From: a virus
IMG/VR virus record: IMGVR_UViG_3300020411_003820
Span: 20,284-84,283 of that record
DNA length: 64,000 bases
Direction: 5' to 3' (one strand)
The position numbers were made by a program, and so were the translations under genes. Positions 27,701 to 37,050 of this stretch are shown here, in pieces. The notes under the pieces were generated by a model, which worked only from the letters and a program-made list of their open reading frames with translations, did not search any database and was not told the origin of the DNA. How positions within the stretch are numbered: the stretch's first letter is position 1; each line of letters opens with the position of its first letter.

Positions 27701-30700
27701 TTAGTTTTAAGACCTTGCTGCCTAAAAAATTGCATTTTTGAAGAATCCATATATTGTTCAAAGAATGCGCCTGTTACACTAGTAATGCCAGTGCCCGGAA
27801 GCGTAAATGTATCAAATTTGTCATTATCATCAATATCAAATTTATTATATTCAACAATATTATCACTTATTCTAAATTCAGGAATTACGACATAATCTTT
27901 AGCTATGTATCTTAAATCTAGTCTAAAATCTTCGTAATTATCATACCACGGCTTAGATGGTTTTGAAATGAATGTGAAAGCTTTACCTGATTTTCTTAAA
28001 ATACCAGCTTGTTCGCCAGCTTCCCACAAGGCTTCACCGCCGTTAACAAACACACTTTGCGTCAGCAACATTCCAAGATTTGCGGCGCCTCTGTATAAAG
28101 AAGTACCGATGCCAGTGACACCTAATGTTCCAGTAGTTTTAATTTCCATACCTGTTGGGTTTCCTACTGATAGAAACGGACTCAGCATGTGTTTTCTAGC
28201 ATACAGGGCACCGACGTTAAGAAAAGAAAACTGTCCGTCGTACTTAGAGCCTCTTCCGCCGCGGGTAGCATCGTGAGCAAAGTGAGCATGTCCCTGACAG
28301 TTTTGAAGCTCACCCGCTGCATGTGATATAGCTATCTGCACGTTTGGATATACTGCAGAAGCCACAGTACTGTCGGCACTGACACCACCAGCATGGTTGA
28401 AAGGTCCAGCACGAAGATAGTTTCTATTAACACCAGCACCCTTAAACGGGGATGGTCTTTGTGACGCTGTGTGAAGCCCAACTACTGTATTTGAACCTAC
28501 AATAGAACCAGAACGAACTAAAAAGTTTGCCGGTGCATCGAGTGGCCAACAACTTCGGGATAAATAGTCTGTCCGACCGCTCGCCAAAAATTGTGCTGCT
28601 GCGTTGCGTCCGACAGACGGATCAGTAGCATTTCCTAATTCGTTTCTTAAGCGGCGTTCATCTCGCCACATTTGCATATCATAGCCGGTTCTTTTTTGTG
28701 AATGACTAACAAATTCATTTCTTGCTGACGGGTATACTTTTTCAGTATATGACATCCAGTTTAATCCAAAATCTCTGTGTTTGCTTGTCATTAGTAATAT
28801 GTGATCAAGTGGAGTAACTATTTCTTTTGGGTTAATCTTTGTAAGGTTATTTAAGCCAATACTATTGAACATAATTTTTTCATTAATATCAGTAACCTTA
28901 AGGGTAATTGATGGGTTTGCAGATTGCGGATTTGCACTGTTTCCGCATTCTTCTAGAGGATCATAAGGAGTATAATTAACCAATGTGGGGCGAGCGCGCA
29001 TTGAAACAGGCTTCAAAGCATATTTTTCAATTTGCCCTTTTGCTCTATTATAAACACTAATCGTACTAGAAGATCTTTCCATTCTTAAAACAGGATGTTG
29101 TCTATTTTTTCGTGCCATTGCAAATGTGCTGTATCCATATGGTCCATTTCTTTTAAGCATCAGTGTATTGAAAAGATAACCTTGCAATTGGCCATCTGCG
29201 GCATTTGCTTCCCCGGGGAATGAGGCTGAAACACCGCCTCGCACATACGACCAGAAGCCTCCATAGCCCTCATCCGGCGGCTCAAAAAACCTGACATTTC
29301 GGTATTGATCACCTGGCGCGGTGGTGCGGTCGATGGTTCTGAAGACCGGAGTTCCCATTGATGCAGATTTGACTAGCTCTCCGGGGTTCCCTTCCGGTTT
29401 TGGCACTGAGTGCACTGCTGTGGCCCATCCTAAAGTGTTTACCATGCTAGCACTCTGCTCAATTGGTTCGTAAATAATTGTATTTAAGCCAGCAAAATCT
29501 TGACCTTTAAAATCGTCCGAAAAAGCGTTGGAGCTATATTTTATAGCTCCTAAAAGTGCAAAATCGGGACGGCGAAACAGGCTGGTATTGGTATCTCTTG
29601 TATAGCCAAATTCAGATTCACTCAAAAATCCAAAATATGGCTCATAAACTGTAACACTTTCAGTAGTATTAGCATACATCCCTTGTTGTGGTCCAAATAT
29701 TGGCATATAGCCGCTAAAACGCACATTTCGAGGATCTTGATCCTCAATTGCGCCGGTTATCCATGCGTACTGTCGATCATTTCTAGGTATCATGTGCTGG
29801 ACAAAAAAGTTGTCATTTTCGGCACGTGGTTCGTATACGTAGCGCACTGACGCTGACTGACCAAGCACTAGCGGAGGACAGCCGGTTTTAGGTGTCGGGA
29901 ATACTCCCGCGTTCAAAGAATTTTGTGTTTGACCCACTGGGGTTGTTAGCGCAATACCTAGGTATTGATTTTGATTAACGCTTACTGGAAAAAGATGATT
30001 TTCATCTGCAATTACGTTGAAAATAGCATTTGAAGCCGATGCGAATGAAGTCGTTCGACTGGAGGCTACTTTGTCAGTATTAGCAGTTTGCTGGTTTTGG
30101 GACGTCGAAGGGCGTGAGGCTTCGCCAAGTTTGTACCATGCGAACAGATTAGCAGTATTATCAGCATAAGCAGTAGATGATGTAATATCGCAAGGTATGC
30201 CGGTATTATATAATTCAGTAACCTCAGTAGAATTTAGTGCTGTTGTCCAAATTGATATTTGATCCATAGCACCTGAGTATCCAAAAGATGCCAAATTATT
30301 GCCACCCTTCGTTGGGTCTCTACCAAACGCAAAACTAGCGGTACCTTGGCGTACCATATTTCCGCCAAGTCCCAATATATCAGTACCTACTTGCGAATTT
30401 TCAACTTTTCTATCCCAGTAGGCTGCAGGAGATGTGTCTTCTTCGACTGGTTGCGCAACACCATTAAAATAAATAGAAGGTGCTGCAGGTCCGGTATAGG
30501 GATAGGAAGAAGAAACAGGAACAGATACAACAAGATGAATCCATTCCCCCTCATTCAAAGCTTTCACCTGATCCGTGGGGTTTTGATTTGCAGTATTAAC
30601 TTTCCATACTGCGCGAGTGGGTGAACCGGCGCTGTAGGTAACATTCGTTCGAGTGGAAATTTGAACACTAAGACTAGCACTAACTTTTGATATTTCAATA

Positions 30701-33700
30701 AATGGCTCACTTTGTGCTGCGTCCTTTCCAACTCCAAAGAAATATTGATGACCAACATTTTGTCTGGCAGATGACTCGGCACATCGAACCCAGCCACTAT
30801 AAGTAAAGCCGGCAGGTCTAGACGCGCTTAAAAATCGAGCTGCGGTATTGTTTAGCTCTCGACCGTCAGCATTAAGCAGCATTGAACCATGTGTTTCAGG
30901 TGTGAAAAAATACAGTGCCTTTGTATTTTCGTTTCCTCGATGTTGAAAAATAGTTGAGATGTCATGAGTTTCTGATTTAATGCCAATCGATGCGCCCGAA
31001 TTTCTATGAATTTTGTGAAAGCTTGGTAACTCTTGAACAACATTAAGATTGTCGGAATATCCGGGGCCGCGTTGTTCTTCATACTTTGACGCATTGTAAA
31101 TAGCTGCAATTTCCTCGCTGGATAGCACTTTATTCCAAATAGCAGTATCTGCTATATTGCCTTGGAAAGCATATTCGTTTTTTAAGGTCGGGTGGGCTAA
31201 GTTACCAATCAAGCATCGGGGGAACCCATGGGTTACAGATTGTCCAGCTCCATACCAATCTGTCATGTCGGCATTAGCAATGCTGTCACCGCCATTTACT
31301 TTAGGACCTACGAAACTAACCTCAGAACCATTAATATAGCATTTTGGATTATTTAAATTAGATGTTGCATCATAGGTAACAGCTACATGTGACCAAACAT
31401 TATAGTTAACAGCATGTGTGTTGAACCATACGACCTGAGTTTCGGAGCCGGTGGTGTTCCAGTTGGTCATAAACCCAACATATCCGACGTGGTTTGTAAA
31501 TATATCTATTGTCTTTCCCATTGAAAAAATGCGTGAAAATCCAGACGATCCTGCGGCAATCGGATAAATCCATGCAGCAAATGTCATTTTTTGAGTTGAG
31601 CCGCTGGCTGGGCTGTTACCAATTAATCCATTCCACATGATAGAGGAACCAATATCAATTTCAGTAGTGTTCACTCCGTTTGACTGAGTAAAATTGTTGA
31701 ACGCTGCAGAGCCTGTTTGAATCCAGTCTGATGGTCCTAAATTGCCGGAGAAAAACGGACGAAATAGAGAACCAGAATTAAACGTACCATCGCGGTTATT
31801 ACCGCTTGAATCAACCGCAGTGCCAGAAACAGCGAGCGTATAAAAGTTATTGTCTAGTCTCCACCATCCCATCACTTTATCACCAGAGCGATAAATCTTT
31901 TTATCACCAAATCCGATAAATGGTTTAGTTAAGTCGTAAGCTAATCTTCGACTGTCAGACGGATAGTACAAACTATCTCTTCCAAACCTAGCAGAAGCGC
32001 GGGCCAAATGTGCAGTTAATCCATAATCCAAACCATGTATATCGCTAATTTGAATATTTGTGGTGTCACCATTCACTAATACGTTACTGATAGACGTCGG
32101 GTTTTGGAAAGGTGCTCTGACAGTCAAGTTTCTATAGGGTATCGCATTGTACACTGAGAATTCCGTTGACCTGAAGTCCTGATAGCCTTTAGTATCGACT
32201 TCAATACCGCCGCCGTGAGAAAATCTTTGGATGAAAACTGACTTGTTTTTAGCACCAGTAAGGTATGCAGTAGAATAATCTGCTGCGCCGGGGCGGCCAT
32301 CTGCAATTCTTTTGATATCTCGTATTGTTCTAATAGATGTAGCTTTGTTTGAGTTCGAGTGGTGATTCAATACGACAGTTTCACCAACAGAACCTGTAAC
32401 AGTGAAATTTGGTGGCCCATCACGGAAGCCAATTGGATTTGACCACGCACCAACTGTCTGGATAAATTCATATGTATTTCTATAGTTACCCAGTCTAGTT
32501 GGGAATGTTCCACTTGGACCGGCACGGAGTTGAATGTTCTTGATATTAAACGGCTGCTTAATCATCATGCCGCGGTACCAAGGTGCCTTCAACGATGCTG
32601 TTGCAGGATATGGAAGCTTGCCAGTTTCGTAACCTGCGTTTGGTAACGGATAATCAGGTCCGACCATACCAAGGACGCCAGATCCAAACATTTCGGTGTT
32701 AGTACCATGTGGTGCGCATGCTTCACCAGTAGGATATCCTAATTGTATTTTCCAAGCTTCAGGTCGATTTGTTTCGTTATCATTGCCAATATTGATAGGA
32801 ACATGTCTAGATTGATGACCACCAACCACGTGCTCGGTAAAAATTGTTTGCATTGGCTTTTCCATATCCTCGCCATACACATCATGATGAAGATTGGTAA
32901 TTTCAATATTTCCTGTTACTCTTTGAACAACAAGGCGATTGTATCCGGTTGTAACACTAGAACTAACTATGTTGAAGGGAAACGCTGATAGTGCATCGAT
33001 TGTCGAATATCCATCCACATCTCGACCATGCTGGACTCGAACATTTAATAAAACTTTTTCACTAGGGCGATTTCTATATAACTGATCATTTGCGTGAGGC
33101 TCAGGACCATAAACTAACCCTCTTTTATATCTTGTTTCACGTATTAGATCTTTTAAAGTTCCATCGCGATTTAAAAACTGTGCAAACAATACGTTTTCTG
33201 GAATGAAGTTGCCACTTTCTTGATTAATTCTGCCAGCTGGTCGTAGTGCATTATAAGCATAATCAATTCTCTTTGCATGCCTAAAGTTTACGCCACCTTT
33301 GATAGTTTTCATCGGTGAATAAGTTGTTAAATAATCTGATTCTACAATAGCGTCAAATTTATATGGTAAAGATAATTTACGTTTAATGTATGGAGTTCTT
33401 AAATAAGAATGTCCCGTAACAATATCTTTTTTGCGTTCTTTTTTCTGATTATTATCGTTTGCAATAGTTTCTCGATAAATGTCACGTGAACCATCCAGAT
33501 CACTGTCGCCAGCGGAAACCGGAGACATATTAACATCACGCTCTGCTCTATCGCGCCACCAGTCAGGATTAGTTGTTGTTTGATTATTTAGCGGGTGATG
33601 GTTGTGACTCCATTGATAAAGTCTTTCCCTAATTCCAAGCATGGGTGAAATTGGATCTTCTTGTTTAAATTCAATAGTGGGAAACATTGTTTTATATTTG

Positions 33701-36700
33701 TTTCTTTCAAGCACGTGACTTTCAACAACATTCATTGTGTTGTCAGCAAACTTACTCGCGGCCGGAACCATTTGTGATACAATTTTTGAAATTGCATCGT
33801 CAAACCACTTATAATATTCAACGTATTTTTCAACTTCTTTAGTCTGGTTTACTCTTTTGAAAAACTGTCTACGTAAATGCCCCATTGCCTTATAGCTTTC
33901 ACGATATCTATTGACAGGCTCTCCAATTAAGTTGTGAAAATCGATTGCACCAGCGAAAAAAGTTAACATTTCTTCGCTTATAGCATCGTACATGCTTTTC
34001 TCTAACGTGTTGTAGAAGTTTGGCACCGTGCTAGCAAAGCCATATACCTCATCATCATTTGTTAAAACTTTAACCATGTCGGATGAAGTAGCTTGCTCGG
34101 GATCAATAAATTTAAATGTATTTACTTGTTGTTTTGATTTTATAGAAGTGCTGTTTTCATCAAATCCAAAACCATAACCTTTGTGTAAAAATCCTCCAAC
34201 GCCACCAAGCCATCCGTTTTTTGCACCATCTGCCGCAGAGCCAGAACTCATATCTTGTGTGAAAAAGCGACCATTACTATCAGATGAGGTTAAATCACTA
34301 AAGTTCCAGTACATGGCTAATGTATCTTTGTTTAACATTTCATGTGGCATATTGGAACTGCTAACATAAGGGGCTAAATTTCTAAATGATCCAGAGATAC
34401 CTACATTATCTATATCTAATGCATGTTGTCTTAAAGTATCTGTGTCTAGGTATTTTGCCCAATACTTTACTGCAGACACCAAGACATCACTTCTATAGTT
34501 CAAAGTACCAGTAAAGTTTGTTCTGTTGGCGCCGACATATGGTCTTTTGGCCGAAGATACCATTCTATCACCAACATCTTTTGCAACAGATGCTGTTATT
34601 ACAAATGTGTCACTGACAGTTCCAAGATTTGTATTAATTCCTTCAAAAATTAAATCATATGTGTAATTTGATAGATTGCCAGCAACAAAAGTGGCATATG
34701 GATATGTACTCGGCTTCAATCTCACAGATATATTCCAATCAGAATTACTGTACACGTCCGTAAAAACACTACTTGTCAATTCATAAGATGGCAACAGTGA
34801 TGACGTTAGTGAAAAATAAACACTTTTTGGATTATCCAGCACCCTGTTAGCATAAACTTGGAAATCAGCGCCGCCATCTTCGAACATCCACTTAAAATCA
34901 GTAGCTCTGTCAACACTAGCAGAGTAAATACCAAACAAAGAAGATCTTTTAGTAGAGGTACGATCAATGGGATCTATACCTTCGTAAAAACGAGGAAACC
35001 TGATGTTAGCCTCCATAGTCATTCCAAAGCCAGATTCTAATTTTAAACTAGTTCCTGAGCCTGATATAAAACCTCTAGAGTTTGAGGTATCATCCGGGTC
35101 TTGCCTCAAAAAGCACACTGAACCTATGTTTTTTGCTGCATTAAACAACAACATGTTTCTGTTTTTTAAAACTTGTACAGAATTTGTATCAAGGTCGTAT
35201 ACTGAATTATCGACATATGTTTTAAATTTGATTACAGAATCGTCTAGATAGAAGCACCTAAGTATGTTTTTTACAGCTCTTTCAGTACCCTTACTTTTAT
35301 AAATGCTAGACATATTATTGTAAAGATTTTGATAAATGAGATTTTTTGTTTGTGTTAAATCGCCAGAAAACCTAAATTTATCCGATGCATTTAAAAAAGA
35401 ATTTACAACATTTGATTCAATAAATAAGTTTGGTGTATCAAGACCCAACGACTCAGGCAAGTGTTTTGCAAAAGATATTGGAGTAAATGATGCACTAGTA
35501 TTTTGTATACCCTTGAACGTTGGAAGCGCCTCGATTAAATTATAAATTTTGTCAAAATACGAACCAAGTATATGAGAAATTATCTCAGGATTTTCATTAC
35601 CATGATCTTCGTGTTCTGCCATAATCCAACTTGGCATGTAACTGAAAAAATTAGTGTTGTTGTTATAGTCATGGATAGAACCAGTATTATTTAATCCATT
35701 TTTTAATTCTACAACGTCTGGATGTGTGATGTAGATAATTGGATCTTTATATTCAATAGTGCTGGCAGATGACTCTATCATAGCAGAACTTAGTGATCTT
35801 GAGGCTGTTCCTGTCCATGTTCCATTAGATAGTCGGCCGGAATAATCTAAAACGTTGTTGTCTAAGGCTGTTGAGTTTGCAACACCTTCGTTAAATTTAT
35901 AATAAACACCTAATGTTGTATTAGATATATCCGAGTTGGTTCCGCCTCTTACTTGTTTAAACCAATTTTTTCCAATATCAGCGGAGCTTCGCGCCTCCTT
36001 CCAATATCTAAATTCATCTATAGAGCCAGTCAAAGTATGTGTATTGGCTGTTCTTGTAGAAGCTGCAGCATCTGACCTAAACGGCACTGTTACCAGCGAA
36101 CCTATACGACCAACCATATCTTTAGGTGGCAATTCACCAATTGCCAAGTTTGAATTAATTACAGTGTGATTTTCATAACCATTAACGTATAGTTTAGTAA
36201 CAAAATCAGAACCAGAATTGTGAAAAACAAATGCATAATGTTTCCAATCGTCTAAGGCAGTTGATAAAATATTTTGCCCAATTGATTGTTGGAATAGTGT
36301 TCCCGACCCGGGCATGCCAGAAGTCATACTTCCAGATTGAACAGTAAATCTGAACGGTGATGCACTAGAAGCACTTAAAATCTCAATAGTCATCCGTCCC
36401 ATGTCGACGGTGCCGGATGCATTATTGTTCCACATATCAAAAATTACTGAGTTAGAATTTTCGGCTATGTCTTTACTCTTTAGCCAAAATTCAACAGTAA
36501 CACCACTATCAAAATTTGCTCTTAGATTAGATTGGCGAGAACCGGTGCCATATGTGTTTGGTAATCCTGCAGATTCATATATGTTTTCATCATAAACATT
36601 AGCGAAAGATCTTTTTGATGTGTCATCATCTTTAAAAAGTCCAGCAGTCGTTAAACTGCCTATTGTGTGTGGACCACCTTTAAAATCAATATATGATGAT

Positions 36701-37050
36701 GAATTAAAATTAGCATACCCGTGAGTACGTGGCCAAAGATTGTCAAATATGTGGCGCTCAATCCCCATTGATTTATTATAGAATTCGTTTTGTTCAGCAT
36801 CTGAACCATCATATGGGTAATAATCTAATATTCTACCCACAGCACCACTGTAATAAAGACGTGCTGAACCATATCTAGCAAACTTAGAGGGATCAGAATA
36901 ATCAACTGGTGGGGAGTATTCGTTTTGCCTCTTAAGAATTTCATCAACGTTTTTTGCAGACTCTGCCGGGTGGAAAAGATCTTTTTCATTGGCATCGGAT
37001 AAAAAACTGTTATTTTCATCATAAGGACCAAATAGTTTTTTAATACTCAT
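24712..37050 (-). CDS. Giant (4112 aa) baseplate/receptor-binding protein with multiple LamG (ConA-like) domains
   Basis: At least three clear LamG signatures (TVEFW..WKHYAF..LYVNG..GSIDEFRYW; TFAAWI..WSHVAV..YING..GNIADTAIW; SGWV..WIHLVV..YFNG..GAMDQISIW) plus a wedge-like YKSKGT motif. Confidence 0.7.
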   Translation of the reverse strand: MSIKKLFGPYDENNSFLSDANEKDLFHPAESAKNVDEILKRQNEYSPPVDYSDPSKFARYGSARLYYSGAVGRILDYYPYDGSDAEQNEFYNKSMGIERHIFDNLWPRTHGYANFNSSSYIDFKGGPHTIGSLTTAGLFKDDDTSKRSFANVYDENIYESAGLPNTYGTGSRQSNLRANFDSGVTVEFWLKSKDIAENSNSVIFDMWNNNASGTVDMGRMTIEILSASSASPFRFTVQSGSMTSGMPGSGTLFQQSIGQNILSTALDDWKHYAFVFHNSGSDFVTKLYVNGYENHTVINSNLAIGELPPKDMVGRIGSLVTVPFRSDAAASTRTANTHTLTGSIDEFRYWKEARSSADIGKNWFKQVRGGTNSDISNTTLGVYYKFNEGVANSTALDNNVLDYSGRLSNGTWTGTASRSLSSAMIESSASTIEYKDPIIYITHPDVVELKNGLNNTGSIHDYNNNTNFFSYMPSWIMAEHEDHGNENPEIISHILGSYFDKIYNLIEALPTFKGIQNTSASFTPISFAKHLPESLGLDTPNLFIESNVVNSFLNASDKFRFSGDLTQTKNLIYQNLYNNMSSIYKSKGTERAVKNILRCFYLDDSVIKFKTYVDNSVYDLDTNSVQVLKNRNMLLFNAAKNIGSVCFLRQDPDDTSNSRGFISGSGTSLKLESGFGMTMEANIRFPRFYEGIDPIDRTSTKRSSLFGIYSASVDRATDFKWMFEDGGADFQVYANRVLDNPKSVYFSLTSSLLPSYELTSSVFTDVYSNSDWNISVRLKPSTYPYATFVAGNLSNYTYDLIFEGINTNLGTVSDTFVITASVAKDVGDRMVSSAKRPYVGANRTNFTGTLNYRSDVLVSAVKYWAKYLDTDTLRQHALDIDNVGISGSFRNLAPYVSSSNMPHEMLNKDTLAMYWNFSDLTSSDSNGRFFTQDMSSGSAADGAKNGWLGGVGGFLHKGYGFGFDENSTSIKSKQQVNTFKFIDPEQATSSDMVKVLTNDDEVYGFASTVPNFYNTLEKSMYDAISEEMLTFFAGAIDFHNLIGEPVNRYRESYKAMGHLRRQFFKRVNQTKEVEKYVEYYKWFDDAISKIVSQMVPAASKFADNTMNVVESHVLERNKYKTMFPTIEFKQEDPISPMLGIRERLYQWSHNHHPLNNQTTTNPDWWRDRAERDVNMSPVSAGDSDLDGSRDIYRETIANDNNQKKERKKDIVTGHSYLRTPYIKRKLSLPYKFDAIVESDYLTTYSPMKTIKGGVNFRHAKRIDYAYNALRPAGRINQESGNFIPENVLFAQFLNRDGTLKDLIRETRYKRGLVYGPEPHANDQLYRNRPSEKVLLNVRVQHGRDVDGYSTIDALSAFPFNIVSSSVTTGYNRLVVQRVTGNIEITNLHHDVYGEDMEKPMQTIFTEHVVGGHQSRHVPINIGNDNETNRPEAWKIQLGYPTGEACAPHGTNTEMFGSGVLGMVGPDYPLPNAGYETGKLPYPATASLKAPWYRGMMIKQPFNIKNIQLRAGPSGTFPTRLGNYRNTYEFIQTVGAWSNPIGFRDGPPNFTVTGSVGETVVLNHHSNSNKATSIRTIRDIKRIADGRPGAADYSTAYLTGAKNKSVFIQRFSHGGGIEVDTKGYQDFRSTEFSVYNAIPYRNLTVRAPFQNPTSISNVLVNGDTTNIQISDIHGLDYGLTAHLARASARFGRDSLYYPSDSRRLAYDLTKPFIGFGDKKIYRSGDKVMGWWRLDNNFYTLAVSGTAVDSSGNNRDGTFNSGSLFRPFFSGNLGPSDWIQTGSAAFNNFTQSNGVNTTEIDIGSSIMWNGLIGNSPASGSTQKMTFAAWIYPIAAGSSGFSRIFSMGKTIDIFTNHVGYVGFMTNWNTTGSETQVVWFNTHAVNYNVWSHVAVTYDATSNLNNPKCYINGSEVSFVGPKVNGGDSIANADMTDWYGAGQSVTHGFPRCLIGNLAHPTLKNEYAFQGNIADTAIWNKVLSSEEIAAIYNASKYEEQRGPGYSDNLNVVQELPSFHKIHRNSGASIGIKSETHDISTIFQHRGNENTKALYFFTPETHGSMLLNADGRELNNTAARFLSASRPAGFTYSGWVRCAESSARQNVGHQYFFGVGKDAAQSEPFIEISKVSASLSVQISTRTNVTYSAGSPTRAVWKVNTANQNPTDQVKALNEGEWIHLVVSVPVSSSYPYTGPAAPSIYFNGVAQPVEEDTSPAAYWDRKVENSQVGTDILGLGGNMVRQGTASFAFGRDPTKGGNNLASFGYSGAMDQISIWTTALNSTEVTELYNTGIPCDITSSTAYADNTANLFAWYKLGEASRPSTSQNQQTANTDKVASSRTTSFASASNAIFNVIADENHLFPVSVNQNQYLGIALTTPVGQTQNSLNAGVFPTPKTGCPPLVLGQSASVRYVYEPRAENDNFFVQHMIPRNDRQYAWITGAIEDQDPRNVRFSGYMPIFGPQQGMYANTTESVTVYEPYFGFLSESEFGYTRDTNTSLFRRPDFALLGAIKYSSNAFSDDFKGQDFAGLNTIIYEPIEQSASMVNTLGWATAVHSVPKPEGNPGELVKSASMGTPVFRTIDRTTAPGDQYRNVRFFEPPDEGYGGFWSYVRGGVSASFPGEANAADGQLQGYLFNTLMLKRNGPYGYSTFAMARKNRQHPVLRMERSSSTISVYNRAKGQIEKYALKPVSMRARPTLVNYTPYDPLEECGNSANPQSANPSITLKVTDINEKIMFNSIGLNNLTKINPKEIVTPLDHILLMTSKHRDFGLNWMSYTEKVYPSARNEFVSHSQKRTGYDMQMWRDERRLRNELGNATDPSVGRNAAAQFLASGRTDYLSRSCWPLDAPANFLVRSGSIVGSNTVVGLHTASQRPSPFKGAGVNRNYLRAGPFNHAGGVSADSTVASAVYPNVQIAISHAAGELQNCQGHAHFAHDATRGGRGSKYDGQFSFLNVGALYARKHMLSPFLSVGNPTGMEIKTTGTLGVTGIGTSLYRGAANLGMLLTQSVFVNGGEALWEAGEQAGILRKSGKAFTFISKPSKPWYDNYEDFRLDLRYIAKDYVVIPEFRISDNIVEYNKFDIDDNDKFDTFTLPGTGITSVTGAFFEQYMDSSKMQFFRQQGLKTNLTAKEIKISVKAVKKWNPYKGFYPAQRTIDLVRQFSSSYNNSIQTKRTKGKHDGTDWLPAGALFGNARPVYQPLFMPGILFNSIKSGMAVDWPAIFGSLYKGNAKDYARISNFDEYAGMESAVDLHTYMIHCTASVLEPAQSNAPWESGTPFWDTRLPFETILAPEGSMLGEDFADLEPHPSATVDFSASLVSNNNDSFYTLMARNFFGETANFFLRGRTYTELVSGRVDDNIITFKSGTVYGARLRLKRSLGTFQSIQDINTTGGAGDTGDNEQGTTPIAGATRRYYSFDRDAWGSTYPNGAYSPLGGRFFDTRIQAFVSGAGYELPQDPIHPYIAQKFTGSLGANNVAQNGDITRESYTMYSRPSAFGPPVSGRVLTNAHRAASASMYGIKDSLEGYNWAYTPPYYHGEAWMDLVFRPNKTQYTLEEVLEEVEHQCWRVDPGPVISKDGHGHTGTPAYISSSHREQCIYDGRNVNASAMQVSASLNVFGIRKESFLETDQFGNPNAKRNETKATRWVIKPKFETPMLNFNSRYRPASHIGALSEGSVPLFASASVPHGMWHQFGYLEPDKNRGIFMEMSDIPKNWLKYHYMVRQTSSLYNGNDVDANGANIHSDMKSLADVFQFKKTPVRLGEIARYKVIREAVVGIPYRNVLVGNASQANVQSNRTRKEFFGIEPFRVAAALAANSQTDTGQSLDVAGESIRRLVRKMKKYILPPQFDFLRNPAAPPIAMYIFDFHYKLDKDDLSYIWQNIAPRNYKKVSFQESSIAHELNNTELLDAQELLDKDVQWMFFKVKQKATGDYFSHVATQVGAQQKTANTLEDIASKSLQYNLDFSENVLDDTDGNGVIRENTYELQYNWPYDYLSIVEGVKVEIEVLYDDKVVKTTNLIMEEIDEKQSKPYEKDNEELPDPKLIAKQISVGITPQIAVNDALERLNLNESGEDISTNPEPKDPIKQPTGVKFSMPSFSTGLFGDSFNKSGGSNQGGGNQGGKK

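Noticed and set aside
16315-37050. Diversity-generating retroelement acting on the LamG or variable regions
   Set aside because: No reverse transcriptase and no template/variable repeat pair differing at adenines was visible in this window.
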